From NCBI GenBank assembly GCA_973851085.1, contig OZ316776.1:6696001-6760000 (forward strand): a stretch of 64,000 bases of DNA. Reading direction: 5' to 3'. Below the pieces are notes generated by a model. The model saw only the letters and a program-made list of their open reading frames with translations. It did no database searches and was not told the DNA's origin. Origin of the DNA: Ptychomitrium polyphyllum. Its lineage: Eukaryota. Both the position numbers and the translations under genes were made by a program. This document shows positions 1 to 12,395 of the stretch, piece by piece (within the stretch, counting starts at the first letter, position 1; the number at the start of each line of letters is the position of its first letter).

Positions 1-514
1 CCCATTTCAAAGCTGCAGGGCTGGAACAAGCATCCAGAACAGTCAAATACGTAATTGTATTGGGTTCCAGACCTTCGTCAAGCATTTGGCGAAACAGAGT
101 AAAGGCTTCCTTGACATAGCCAAGCTGAGCATATCCTGCGATTATCGCATTCCAGGAAACAACAGTTTTATCCACAACGCTGTCAAACACCTCCCTCGCG
201 TCTTCCACGTTCCCACAAAGCGCATACAACTTGATCAAGGTGTTGAGCTCGTAAACGTTCAACTGACGGCCACTTTGAACGATATGATCACGAACCTGCT
301 TGCCCAAAGCCACATTCCGAAGCTCCATACACCGCTGCAAAAGCTTCACGTAAGCCCGCGAATCCACATGGTTCCCATGCTCGCGCAATCTGTGCAACAC
401 ATCGTCTGCTCCACCCCCTCGAGCAAGGTTACTCCACCACCTTCCATTTGGGGTGGCCAGTTTGATACTCCTAGCCACTCTCTTCACTACAATATTCGCA
501 GCAAACACCCGCAT
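1..514 (-). CDS. PLS-class pentatricopeptide repeat protein, 5' part (continues past the left edge); probable organellar RNA-editing factor
   Basis: Minus-strand frame from ATG at 514 (in-frame TGA upstream at 557-559) reads MRVFAANIVVKRVARSIKLA...VDSRAYVKLLQRCMELRNVALGKQVRDHI...NVYELNTLIKLYALCGNVEDAREVFDSVVDKTVVSWNAIIAGYAQLGYVKEAFTLFRQMLDEGLEPNTITYLTVLDACSSPAALKW. These are typical L-S-P-L PPR motifs after an Arg-rich, acid-poor presequence-like N-terminus. Missing from the ORF track because no stop lies in the window. Confidence 0.93.
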   Translation of the reverse strand, partial: MRVFAANIVVKRVARSIKLATPNGRWWSNLARGGGADDVLHRLREHGNHVDSRAYVKLLQRCMELRNVALGKQVRDHIVQSGRQLNVYELNTLIKLYALCGNVEDAREVFDSVVDKTVVSWNAIIAGYAQLGYVKEAFTLFRQMLDEGLEPNTITYLTVLDACSSPAALKW

Positions 515-595
515 CGTAGTTTGGAAAACATCTAACCCACCAAAAGACGATTTCCATCAGACTCAACTCACATCGTTACAAATTGCTGTAGTTGC

Positions 596-604
596 AAACC
601 CTAA
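596..604. promoter_or_regulatory. Telo-box (AAACCCTAA) upstream of the PPR start codon
   Basis: Exact AAACCCTAA at 596-604, in the interval between divergent genes. Confidence 0.4.
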
Positions 605-1365
605 CCCGGGGCTATGATTATCCTCCGTGTAAAAACAACTACAAAACTCCTTCCAGGCAGCCAAGTTACCTACCCGAGGCTTAATCTGACGATGTGAGGT
701 TCAATTCCAAGCGTTTTTTCGCGCTGCACCAAATTGATCAAATTCAAGGGCTCGTCCTCGCTCACGACCCTAAGCCTGCAATAATCCAGACTTCAGGGTA
801 TAGGGATTCCAACAAGAGCTTCAGGACTATCGAGGCTCATCACAACACAACTACAAACCCAGTAATCAATGGCTACCCATCACGTCAATACATTCAAAGA
901 ATCTCCGTACCCAACTGTTGGGAAACACAAGAAAAACCATTGGTTCGTGTTCTCTAATTCTCAGTTGCTATTGATAGAAATGGAAAACCCTTTCCATAAA
1001 TGCCCAGTCTAGAGTGACAAAACCTGACAGCAGAAACGAAGGTGATCGAACGGCAAAGAGATCTCATTTGCAAACTTCAACAACTACACCAATCTGCCAA
1101 ACAAAGTTGCGTGCCCAACAGTCACTATCAGGTGATCAAATTAGGGCTTCGAGGTTTAATATGGAGACATTAATGTGCGGTTTCAGCCGAACTACACCGT
1201 ACGTACACACGAAAGAGTCCATATACTGACAGCGCCCAGGTCAACAATGTGATATTGTACGTACAAGAACCATGGAAGAAACACACTGAGCGGCATTCAT
1301 TCTGCTCGTCTTCCTCTTCCACGATTCTTCTTCAGCTGAGGCAGGGCTGCAACGCCATCGGCATC

Positions 1366-4300
1366 ATGGAGGACGAGCTCAAGGCGCTCCTGAACGCCGT
1401 TGCCAAGCTGCAGCCTTTGCTCGCCTATCCTTCTCACTCCTCCGAACTCACGCTGGTGGGTTCGCTGTCACAATCATCTTGGTATCATCCTATCATCAGA
1501 GCGAGAGCTCTCTCTCATAATTTGGAATTGCCTCTGATCTCCTTTTGTTTGCTCTGGTTTTTTTTTGTTTCTCCGATATGCGGGGATTAGATGCGATGGT
1601 CGTGGTGTGTGTGTTCATCTGTCGATGTGCGTGCAGTTTTGCTTGCAGGAACTGAGGATTTAGTCGTTGTCATCGATTTAAAATTCGTTTCTTTGACTGA
1701 GATTTGAATTAGATGCGATTGGGGAATTTCTTGTTTATGGTCCTTTTTCGTGGCGCTAGGGGACTGATTTTGGGTTTTCTTGTGTTGCTGGTTTGAGAAA
1801 TTTTTGTTTGAAGGAGATTTTGCTTAAGGGTTTCAGGCGTCTAGGATGCTGTCTTGGGAATTCTCAGGCTAGGGTTGGGTTATTCGTTCTTGCGTCAGGA
1901 TAGTGAACAATAATTCAGGAGCTTTACAGGTCTTGAAGCATGCGAGAGACAAGGATAGCTTGGCGTTGTAGCTTTAGGGGGCCTTTAGATTTCATTAACC
2001 AGAGCTGCGTTCGCCCGCAGCATCACAATTACGCAGAACCATCACTTAGATTTTCTTACAAATTTGTCATGCATCTCGAATTCTGGAAGTTCGAACCACT
2101 TGGCATAATTTCATGCATAGGCTTCTGCTACGTCGTTACGCTTTCCCTTACGTACAGCATAAATGAGCTTGTTTGCTACTTAGTCTCCACTTTGACCATG
2201 ATCTCCAACTTATGCAGCGGAGTCTGTGAAGCGAAAGACACATCACTTGATAGACAGTTCATTATCCAAGAAGCCAAGAATTTAAAGAGACTCAGAATTC
2301 TGTCAGGCCTTAAGCTGTTTTGGTCGTTCCTTTTTTCTGTATTTCAAAAGTGCCAATGTCTCCTCTCGTGTACCAACAAAGTCACAGAACGACAATTTTA
2401 TCATTTCTTTCTTAAACCGCCTTGATACAGGATAATATTTTTTCAGAGATAACCATAGATGTAATGAAGTACGAGAAATTTGTAAAGAAACTAGCAATAC
2501 TAACGTAAAGATTACCTATTTATACAAGCCTGATGTTGCGTGTGAACAAATGAATATTCAGACTTAGTTTCCTTATGACATCGTTCAGATAGGGCTTTGA
2601 TACACGGATTAGTAAATTTCGGTTGACTCATCCCTATAAGTAGTTACAGTTTTCGTTTCTAGAGGTTGCTTGACGTGAAGGGGATTTCTTCACTGTCTGC
2701 CAAAAGAGCTATAAATGAAATTGCAAGCGAAAGAAAGTTGCGACAGTGCATGTAAGGATATTGCTTTTGAAAGGCACGGCAGCATGAAATACGCATGAAA
2801 CATATGTTGAATCTTTTATATGGAGTCCTCCCTGAAAACAGGAAAGATCAAAGTGCAGTTTTTTGAACATCGTCTCCTCTAAGGTTGTTGATCTCTTATT
2901 TGAAACATGGTGGTAAGCAAGGAGAGGGTGCATCAAGCGTAGCAGGGATCCGCCCAAGTTCTAGCCATCGTCGAACAAGGGAACCTTTCGAAGGCGAGTC
3001 ACCTCTGGCGACGGCCCTGCCTAATTTTGGCAGTCGGTTGAAAGTCGAGAAATTCGACAGTGAACCTCCTCGACGAGGCGCTCAACCTCCTACGAATGCT
3101 TTACCGACAGAAGAGTATGTTGTTCGTTCGACGAAAGGCCATGGTGACCACATGACACCCTGACAAGCTCCTGAGATTCGCTTCACGGGTTATTATGGAG
3201 AGCGGCCAACTTCGACGCAGTTACCAGCCATGCCTTCTCGTCTCTCGTGGGAGCAGGTGGAGCGAATTACATCGCTAAAGGGTCAACACTCCATCTCGAA
3301 TTCTCGCGCGCTATGGGATCACGTCGAGCGCGTTTCTTTCATGACGGGGCACTATCAGCTGCCTCTACTCGTGTGGTCATGGGCATGAATGCAGGAGAGA
3401 AGGGTGTAACGCCAAGATTGGACAAGCAAGCATCCAAGGTACATCTCTGCATTCTACTATCCTATTTCTGTTCCATGGGCCAGATCCTGGTGATAAATTC
3501 TACTAGAAATAATTGATATTCCTACAATAAGGATTAGCGTTGTTGTTTTGCGGATCTATTTGACTTTTTACTTTTTAGAGCTTCTTGAGATTATTGGATT
3601 TGTGGATTGCAAGGTCATGACCAAAATTTCAGATGAACGGACTAACTACAATTGCCTAGCATTTCCAAATTAGAACGTAACGTGTAATTCTGGCTCTTGG
3701 GAAACTGTAAGCTGTGTATTTGGTGTGAATTATAACGATATGTAGAGAATGACTGACTTTTTTCATCTGGGTTTAATTGTCGTTGAGATTCAAAGAGGCG
3801 ATGAAGACTGTTCGGAGTATGGTCCCCCTCAGGACTCGTTAAGTGAGCGAACTTACAAGACTGGGAATGGACGCCATCTGAGACCTTAACTCTGATACAT
3901 TTAAGGCGCGGCCATTTTATCAAGTACCTAACGGCACCAAATCGATGGAACGTGAAAGCATCGGCAGCAGAGCGGTGGGCTGAGGTGGAGGAGGAGATGT
4001 TCAAGCGCAACATCATGCGGTCCAAGTCGCAGTGCCAAGAGTAGTGGGAGCAGTTTGCTTCTGACTTCTGGAAGGTGTACGACCACCAGCAAAACCATGT
4101 TCCTTTGGGCGAGCCAGGGTACTTTCAAATGAACTCAGCAGAGAGAAAAGTGCGGATGCTGAGATTTCCCAAGGCGCAACTTGACGAGGCTGTTTACAAT
4201 GCTCTCTGCCAGTGGTCTTCGAGAAGCTCAAATGTTACAGATCTTGGAGACGTTCCAAACGATATATCATTTGATGCTAATGCAGCAGTACTTAGAGGAG

Positions 4301-5222
4301 GTATGAAAGTTTGAGTCCGATTGTTTTTTTACTTATGTGTGTTGTTATCCTCCCATTCATCTGAAATCTTTGTTAATTTAACCTGAAGAATCTAAGTTGA
4401 TTCTGGAGTTAAACTTCGATGAGAAGGAGCAACTGCAAAACCTCAGAATATGTAAGAAATTGCGAAGTTTGTATGAGTGACTTCACTCAATACATGGAAG
4501 ATCACTGAGTAATGATCTTCATCACTAAGCCACGAGTTTTTAGACTGTCACCTAAATGTCCCATAGGTGCCCACATGTATTTTTTCTCTTTGACGAAACG
4601 ATGTATAATGTTTTGGCTTCATCGTAACTTCTGAAATTTCTGTTAGAAATTCCAGGCTTTTCTGTAGCTACTTTCGTTTTCAACACTGCTTCGATTGGTC
4701 ACCAGCACCAGTTTCATTAACACTGGTGCTAAGCAAAATAGAAACACGAAAAGTTACTTATTCTTTTAATTGTATCTCTATATGATGTATAACATTGGTT
4801 CAGAAAATGTAGGAAATATTCCAGCAAGTGAGGCTCCGGCATCGGAAGATCTTCGTCCAACACACGAGGATGGAATCGGTGACTCAAGCAGCCCCAATTT
4901 TACAAAGCGGCGGCGTCTGTCCACAAAAGCATCGGAAGGTGCGTTCTCGGCCATCGAGAATCCTCAGAAAGAGGGCTTAAACATGACCTCGTTGTTGGTG
5001 GGGCAAGACCGTGAGGATGCTCGTCACCGCTTAATGCTGGAGATGGATGAGAAGAAGCATCGAGTGATATTGGAACTGAAGGGAAGGATACACCAGGAGA
5101 ATATCATCATTAAGAAGGAACGGCTTCAACAAAGCACAGCGTTAGGTCAAGGATACGTTGCTGCCATGCTGAGCACTGCTGATGCTTTGAAAGTCATTGG
5201 AGAGACTCCGACGAAGGATTAA
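1366..5222 (+). pseudogene. Trihelix (Myb/SANT-like) transcription factor, SH4/ASR3-like, disrupted
   Basis: 3845-4215 encodes ERTYKTGN/(frameshift)WTPSETLTLIHLRR...ERWAEVEEEMFKRNIMRSKSQCQE*WEQFASDFWKVYDHQ...YFQMNSAERK...LDEAVYNAL, a trihelix domain with a 1-nt frameshift near 3867 and an in-frame TAG at 4042-4044. The last exon (~4804-5222) encodes a KRRR motif and a coiled-coil-like tail. Putative first exon 1366-1455 (GT at 1456). The 2860-3438 exon has a stop at 3161-3163 and a frame break. Confidence 0.8.
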
Positions 5223-5300
5223 TGTAGGAAACCTATTTACAGAATTGGTTTATACAGTACCATGTGGCTTTTGCCATTTGGAGCGAACAATCAGTTGTTC

Positions 5301-5384
5301 TGAAGAAGGATTGGGGTGGTTGAAGAATTAGAGCTGTTAACTTGAAGAAGGATTGGGGTGGTTGAAGAATTAGAGCTGTTAACT
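5301..5384 (+). repeat. Perfect 42-bp tandem duplication
   Basis: TGAAGAAGGATTGGGGTGGTTGAAGAATTAGAGCTGTTAACT occurs twice, at 5301-5342 and 5343-5384. Confidence 0.95.
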
Positions 5385-5878
5385 TGTTTCCAGACTCAGC
5401 TGCTTATATCATAATGTTGTTTTTACCATTTGGTGCGGGCAATTAATCCTAGTAGTGAATACATAGTTGTTATCTGTATACAGGAGAGATATATTTTAGA
5501 TGTAAGCTTTTCGTACAAACTAAATGTTCGAGAAAGGCCCTTTTGAGATCAAATATTCTTCAAGTTTAGCAATGAATCTGAAATTGGAAATCAATAAATT
5601 TTACAGGTGAATTAAAGAATGCTATCAAGGTAGCACGTAGAACTATGGTCTACTGATGCTATCTTTCTACGTTATTACCCTGACAGAGAAAATGCCTCCC
5701 ACGAGTTTTTCTATTCTGAGAATCAAAATAATAATTACATCAACCTCCAATTCTACATACAAGGATTTTTTATAGTTTACACCCTTGAACTAATATCGTT
5801 AAAGTGTGCTTCGCTATGCTTCATGGAACTCCAAATTGTCTGCTTTAAAGAACTGTTCCCAGCGTGATCATTTAATAC

Positions 5879-6824
5879 TTAGTCACCGCGGAAAAGGTGG
5901 TGGTGCCTCTTCTCCTTTCCTCGTCCGTACCTCTCAAGCTCCTCCTCCGCCTCGTTCTTTTCATGTCGCTCATGGAGTCCGTATCCAAGCGCGGCAGCCG
6001 TTGCTAACTCGAACTCATGCTTCCGATGCTTCTCGTGCTTGAGCTCTTCTCTGAGTCGTCTCATCTCAGCCTGCAGAAACACCAAGCAGGGTAAGCAACG
6101 ATCAGAGAATCTTCTGTAGATTCACAGAAGCATAACCTAAATTCATGGAAAAAGCAGCAAAAAATGAGAAACTTGCCAAAACTTAGACGAATTTGTTGCG
6201 CAACATACATCATCATACTCCGTCCTGCTATAGCCTGACACACCGCCATAGCCAGCAAGGTCAGATCTCCCATAACCAGCACCATAGTCGGTGGGATGGC
6301 GTGTGTTAACGAAGTGCGAATCTCGTAGTCCCATTCCAAGATCTGAAGACTCGGGTTCTACATACTCAACCGGTGGCTGAACGATGATTTGTTGCTGCGG
6401 AGGATACCCTTGCCCATACGCACCTGGAGCATATCCTTCTCTCCCATATCCATACCCCATACGCCTGCAATAACTCATAACCCCAAAACTTCAGCCAAAA
6501 CTCTGAGTGCAAAATCAAGGTTCTTAACCTTGGTTGATCTCAGTAAAACGGAGAAAAGACCAGGAGAACAAGGCAGTACCGCTCAGCGCCATAGTATTCA
6601 GGTGCACCACCGAAGTACTCTCCACGAAGCGGCAGTCCACGCTCATATCCATCATCAACATAGCCTGGAAGTCCATAACCTTCCCCTACATAACCTCCAC
6701 TAGGTCGGAAACCTCGGTCGGTTGCACCTATTTCACTCAGACCACCAAACGCAGGTCCATCCTCTCCCAATTCTGGACCTATTGGGTATCCGCCTACACG
6801 ATCCCCTGGCCGATAGTACGCCAT
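5879..6824 (-). CDS. Gly/Tyr-rich protein with C-terminal ABA/WDS (ASR)-like motif, 230 aa, 3 exons
   Basis: Exons 6824-6580, 6464-6209 and 6070-5879 join via GT-AG introns in frame (693 nt). The C-terminus EELKHEKHRKHEFELATAAALGYGLHERHEKNEAEEELERYGRGKEKRHHHLF resembles the ASR consensus (HKxExxAAAAxGxGGFAFHEHHEKKEA...KKHHHLF). Confidence 0.85.
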
Positions 6825-7170
6825 CTTAACGATTGTACCCCTTCTGTAATCTACAAACAGCAAAGACAGAAGAACACTCTTAAACAAATACCTAGCTCCT
6901 CTACAATTGCAGGAATTCGGACAAGCTAAGCGTCAATTTGAGAGCGTTTGGTGTAATTTGAATGGAAATGAGCCACACACGAAGTAATATATGCAAGTTG
7001 CTTGAGGAAACGACCTTGCAGTTGGCTGTTAGACGTGAAAGACAAGCGGTTAATCCCGTGTGTCAACTGCTGAGAGCAGGTGCCGAAAATGTTCACGAAG
7101 ATGCTGACACTTGAGGAGACTACGCAGCAAATATCACCAGTAAAAGCTGCTGCATGGTTCATCGGCCAGC

Positions 7171-7451
7171 CATGCATGTCAAGCTGATCCGACCACCGGG
7201 TTATCCGAAGATGGAGTCAGCACGCCGAATACAGTGAGCTTACATATTAATCTACCAGTAACCTCCAAGGAAGGAATGAATTAAAATCTACAGTACAGGC
7301 TGTTACTACTTCAGAATGCCACTAACTTATTCGTCCGGTTGAATCTCCTGTTATAATTAGTAAACCGGTCTTTACAGGAAAAGTTCCATCGAAACGCAGG
7401 ATATGTCGCCAAGTTACGCTTGTCATAAGCGATTCTTGGCGACGACGTGGC
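7171..7451. promoter_or_regulatory. Candidate RY (CATGCATG, 7171-7178) and ABRE (ACGTGGC, 7445-7451) elements upstream of the ASR-like gene
   Basis: Exact motif matches about 350 and 620 bp upstream of the ATG at 6824. Short motifs, so chance occurrence is possible. Confidence 0.35.
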
Positions 7452-10400
7452 TAATAAATTGTTAACGTCGTAAGCCAAGTCCACTTAGTCGTTGGTGCAT
7501 GCTTTTACGAGAGTTTCGAAGTAGGTCAGTAAATACTTGCTAGTTCGGTTACTTAACAGGTTAGAGCTTCTTGATGTAGGCAAGACTTGGAGCAGTAATA
7601 TCTAACTTATGCTATAGAAATTGTAGAGACTCAGGTTGTGGAGAAGAAGTGGCGACCACGGCATTCTTCCTAAGGTGCCTTGTGTGAAACTACTCGGGCC
7701 AGCGTAATTGAGTATTAAAGCATTTTCATGCCGTAAGTGTTACTGAGCAATTGCTTCCTGTTCTCATAAGATGGATATGCACCTGCGTGAGTCTGATGTC
7801 GAAGTGAGATAAGATTCATCTGACTCACGTAAGAAGCTGCTAACAACCTGTTACAGAAGCATGGTGTACAACAAACAACTCTGTTTAGAATAATTGGTTG
7901 GTACTGATAACGCAGTTGAAGAGCGCAGATGTAATCTTTCTCATTTTTCATACAAACAATGCACATATTACACAGAATCAAGTCTTGCACAAAAGATGTT
8001 TTGTTGGAAGTTATATTCTTAGCTGAATCAGGTTGATCTCAAGAGAGCAAGGCAGATTGGTGTCATGTATGCAACAGAGCATCAATGCAGATGGAAATTC
8101 ATACCAAGGCATCAACGATTATACTACAATATGAATGATATTTAGTGTCACCAATTCTACATATCTTTGCTATGAGACTAACTGTAATCTGTCACTGGCA
8201 CTAAATGCTAAGAAGCTTTTCATCGGAACAAGAAGTGGTATTTGAGACTATTTATGAATTGTGTCATTCATAAAATGATTGACTATGACAGCAAATGTTA
8301 TATGATATTAAACAGCAATTTTAATGTAATCTTGGAGAGAAAGAACTACACTTGATTCTATGTAAAATGTGCAAAGGAATTCTATGTAACTCTGTCTCCT
8401 ACATAATTTAATGTTATATGATATTTGTTATTATAGTGAATTGCTTTATAAATGATATTGTTTATAAAGAATCCATAAACCATTTTGTTGTTTCAATCAA
8501 AAGCTTATTGACATTCATTGATGGTGACATTCATTTAGTAATCCGCATTTAATATTGAGATTAAATATGTAGAATTGGTGACCATGAATTCTTAGAAACT
8601 TGATGATTCCAATATTTAATTTTGGTGCATAATGTCAATGGATGTACCTTAGTCAATCTTATAACATGTTGCATCACAGGAAATGGACATAATGGTTGAA
8701 ACTTGTTCAATAAAAATCAATTAAGGATTTGAAAAAGAGGACATTACAACATCAAAATAGCTTTTTATTACAAAAATAATCATATTTTTTTTTTCTCGTT
8801 TTTAGATGGTTGTTACTTCTATGAAGTTAGGCTTCATTGACATTATAGAATAATAAAACATATTATGAAATATTATGAAATAATAGTTTGGTAGTAGAAA
8901 TACATTGGGATTTATATTATTTTTTGGTTATTTCTAGGTTTTTATACATAGTGCCAAAAAAAGCCCTCATAATTCCATCATGTCTATTTGCACATATCAG
9001 ATTTACTTTAATTTTTTAATTTTTAATTTTTTAATATTTTCAATATTTTGCTATTTTATTATATATTGATTTTATTTTGTTTATTTTATTTGGTTTTTAT
9101 CTTTTTATTGTTTTAATACTTTAATTTTTGTATTATTATTTTACTTCTTCATTTCTATTTTTATTCTTTTATTATTTTATTATATTTTACTTTTACAATT
9201 GTATAGAAACTTGCATTAAATACGATTACATCATAGTTGTGATGGTTTCTTTATTTTTTATTTTGAAATAAGAAAAACATTTACTATAAAAAAAATGATA
9301 CAAACTCAATTTACAAACCAACTAATTACACTATACTACTCTAATTAATTTATATTGATCATAAGAGGATCCACACCATAATAGTAATTAAAATAGATTT
9401 GTATTTTATTTAGAGTTCCAAAAAGAATTTATACAATATTTAAAAAGATATTAAAAATTCTGTGGCTAATAAAAAATAATCTATAAAATATAATTTATAA
9501 TAATTGCAAAAAAATCTATAAATCTAATTTTGTTGCTAATTTCACTAATCCAATATATTGAATTCTTAAAGAATCTTTTTCAATATCTTATTCAAAAGTT
9601 TCAAATAAAAAGATCATTTTATTTTTAAATATTTTCAATAGCAAATGGACATCATTATATTGTAATGAATTTATCTATGGAAGAAGTTATTGTGCAATGT
9701 TATAAAACCATAAGAAACAAAATATAAGGTGAGTATAATTCAAAACAACAATATAATATACATTTTTAGAAATAATCCATCTTTTTTTAGAAATATGATT
9801 AATATGTAATAAATTATAATAAATGCATATAGAAATGATTGCATGAAGGCCTATATATGAAATTAAGATGATAATTATGTCAAAGGTTTCTTTTTCATCT
9901 CTAATTAAAAAAAGTTGTGATAATAAAATAATCTCTAATAAATTAAAATTTCTTCATATCTTTAGAAAATAAGATTAAAGGACTTTTTAAAAATGTTATT
10001 AGAAGAGTTTGAAAGTACTAAAGTTATTTAAAGATTCATACATTTTATTTAAAAGAATTTATATTGCAATTTTATAAATAAAGATTGCTATATTCAAAAT
10101 CAAGTATCATAACTATTTTCAAATTTGCACTATACAAAACCAAACAAGAATGCATAATAATACATCTTCAAAAAACAGAAAACAAATTACAACACTTAAT
10201 TCAAGCTATTATTCATTCCAAATAATAATAATTTAATGCTCCAAGTGTATAAAGGTATCCGAAGCTTTATTAGATGATTACATTAGCATTTCCAACAAAT
10301 TGCAATAAAGTTTCTTTCTTTCAAACTACATCTACAAGACTTGAATTAGCAAACAATGGCAAGCCAATGGAACTTGTCTGCTTATTACCTCTTTCAAATC

Positions 10401-11763
10401 CTAGTTGATGCTAAAAACCAACTAATAAAGATTTTATATTAAATGAATGAAAATATTTCTAAATTATAAATTGAGTTGCTATAATTTGAGGTGATTTAGC
10501 ACCCAATGCTATGCCAAGTGGCATCAGTATTAATGACAAAAGATAAATTTGTCATTATATCAAATTCTTTCATTAATATAATAAAATATTTAATTCATTG
10601 TGCAACAATAGATTTATCTGTTTATTCAACTTTTTTTCATTCAAATCTCACTTGCAGTATCTCTTCTTTTTTTATATTTAATTTGTAGTTGTTATTAAAG
10701 CACATATTTTTATGCAAAAATCTTACGCCATTAAGTAATTATTTGGAATAAATATAAATTTTTTGCAAGAAATTCTTAAAGAATTATTCAAAAACTACTT
10801 TCATTTTTTTTTTTTATTCATGTTTTAAAGTTTGCACACTATAGCTGAAATAAATAATAATGCATTTATAATGAATGATATATTGTCTTTTAATTCAATA
10901 TAGGGATGGAGCTTTGATAAAAAGTGTATGAAAGACAAAGACAAGGCTTTATTATAAAATCATCTCAAGCCTTGGCCAAAAATAAGCTTTTGCTTTATTT
11001 TTATTTCAAAAAGATATTTACCATTAGTTTATTAAAATATTTATCTTTAAATTAATATATCTACTAGTAGCAACTTCAAAAATGTATAATTAATGATTCT
11101 TTTTATATTGCTTCTATTCAAATTATTATATTATAAAAAAATGGCTAATTTCAACAAAAAATATTTTTGAACCTATAAGAAAATATATCCAAGTTCTTTT
11201 TAAAAATGTAGATGCATAGCCAAATTTATTAGAAGTTTACATTATTTTATCATAATATAATGTATCATTTAAGTATAATCTAAGTTCCATCAAAGTATCA
11301 TCCAAGTATTAATAAAGTATCACAAAAGTAATATAAAAATCATGGAGCCACATTAAAATGAGTATATTAATTATTCTTTTGTATACATGAAAGGATTATT
11401 TTCTGCTCTCATTAATAAGTCAGACGTCAATCATTATACAAGTGAACATTGTGAAATAGCTGGCTCCTTTGCACTTCATCCTATCATTTATAAGACAAGA
11501 TATTTCTACCTTATTTAAAGAATTCTAACAATATGATTGGTCAATTTCAAATTCTTGTTTTTTTGCTCGCAAGTGAAATAACTTCAAGATGGATGAAAAA
11601 TTGGTTTGACTACCTACATGATAACAATTATTGCAAGATTCCTTTGTCTGTTGACGGTTGATAAGGCGCTTTTAGAATGGTATTTCAAAAATTAGTTTAG
11701 AAGAGAAAAAAAAATTCTTGTTCCGATTACTTAAGTGCCTTCTCCTCCCAATTACTTTAGTGC

Positions 11764-12395
11764 TGTCACAAACATAGATCATGCAACATAGTCCTTAGAA
11801 CATTCTTGAACCTTCTTATATACTATAATAGCTTCTTAGAATACTTTTAAATGTCTCCATAGCCTTTTTATGTTTTTAGGAAGCTGTTTAGGAAAGTTCC
11901 TCCACCTTACAAAACTTCCTACGAAGATTTCATCACCTTAGGAAACTTCTTAGGAAGGTGCCATCATCTTAGGAAACTTTCTAGGAAGGTTCTACCTTTT
12001 AAGGAAACTTCTTAAGAAGATTCCGCTACCTTAAGAAACTTCCAAGGAAGGTTCCAACTCTTTGGAAGCTTCTTGGGAAGGTTCCAACTCCTTGGAAGCT
12101 TCTTAAGAAGGTTCCAACATCTTAGGAAACTTCTTGGGAAGGTTCTCTAGACTTCCAGAACATTCTTAAGCCTTGTAGAAAGCTTCTTTAGAAATATCAT
12201 AGGAGATACAAACGTCATAGTATAAATAGGAGGCAAGACAAGGTATTCCTAAGTATTGCCAATACAAGTTGTGGATCATCTTGAATCTTGTCTTGTTCTA
12301 GTCTTTGTATCAACTTCTTGTTAATCATTAGCTCTTTAGAAACTAATTCTTAGAAAACACTTTGTTGCTGCTTCTCGTTTCTTATGTCTCTAACA
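11764..12395 (+). repeat. 5' LTR (632 bp), TGT...ACA, with about 9 internal ~31-bp tandem units and TATAAAT at 12221
   Basis: Directly similar to 18932-19501 along its whole length. Confidence 0.93.

Noticed and set aside
86..535. 149-aa plus-strand ORF
   Set aside because: Antisense shadow of the PPR coding sequence on the minus strand.
4042..4044. Idea that the internal TAGs in the two TF genes are repaired by RNA editing linked to the nearby PPR gene
   Set aside because: PPR-DYW editing acts on organellar RNA. The trihelix lesion needs an A rather than a C, and that gene also has frameshifts.
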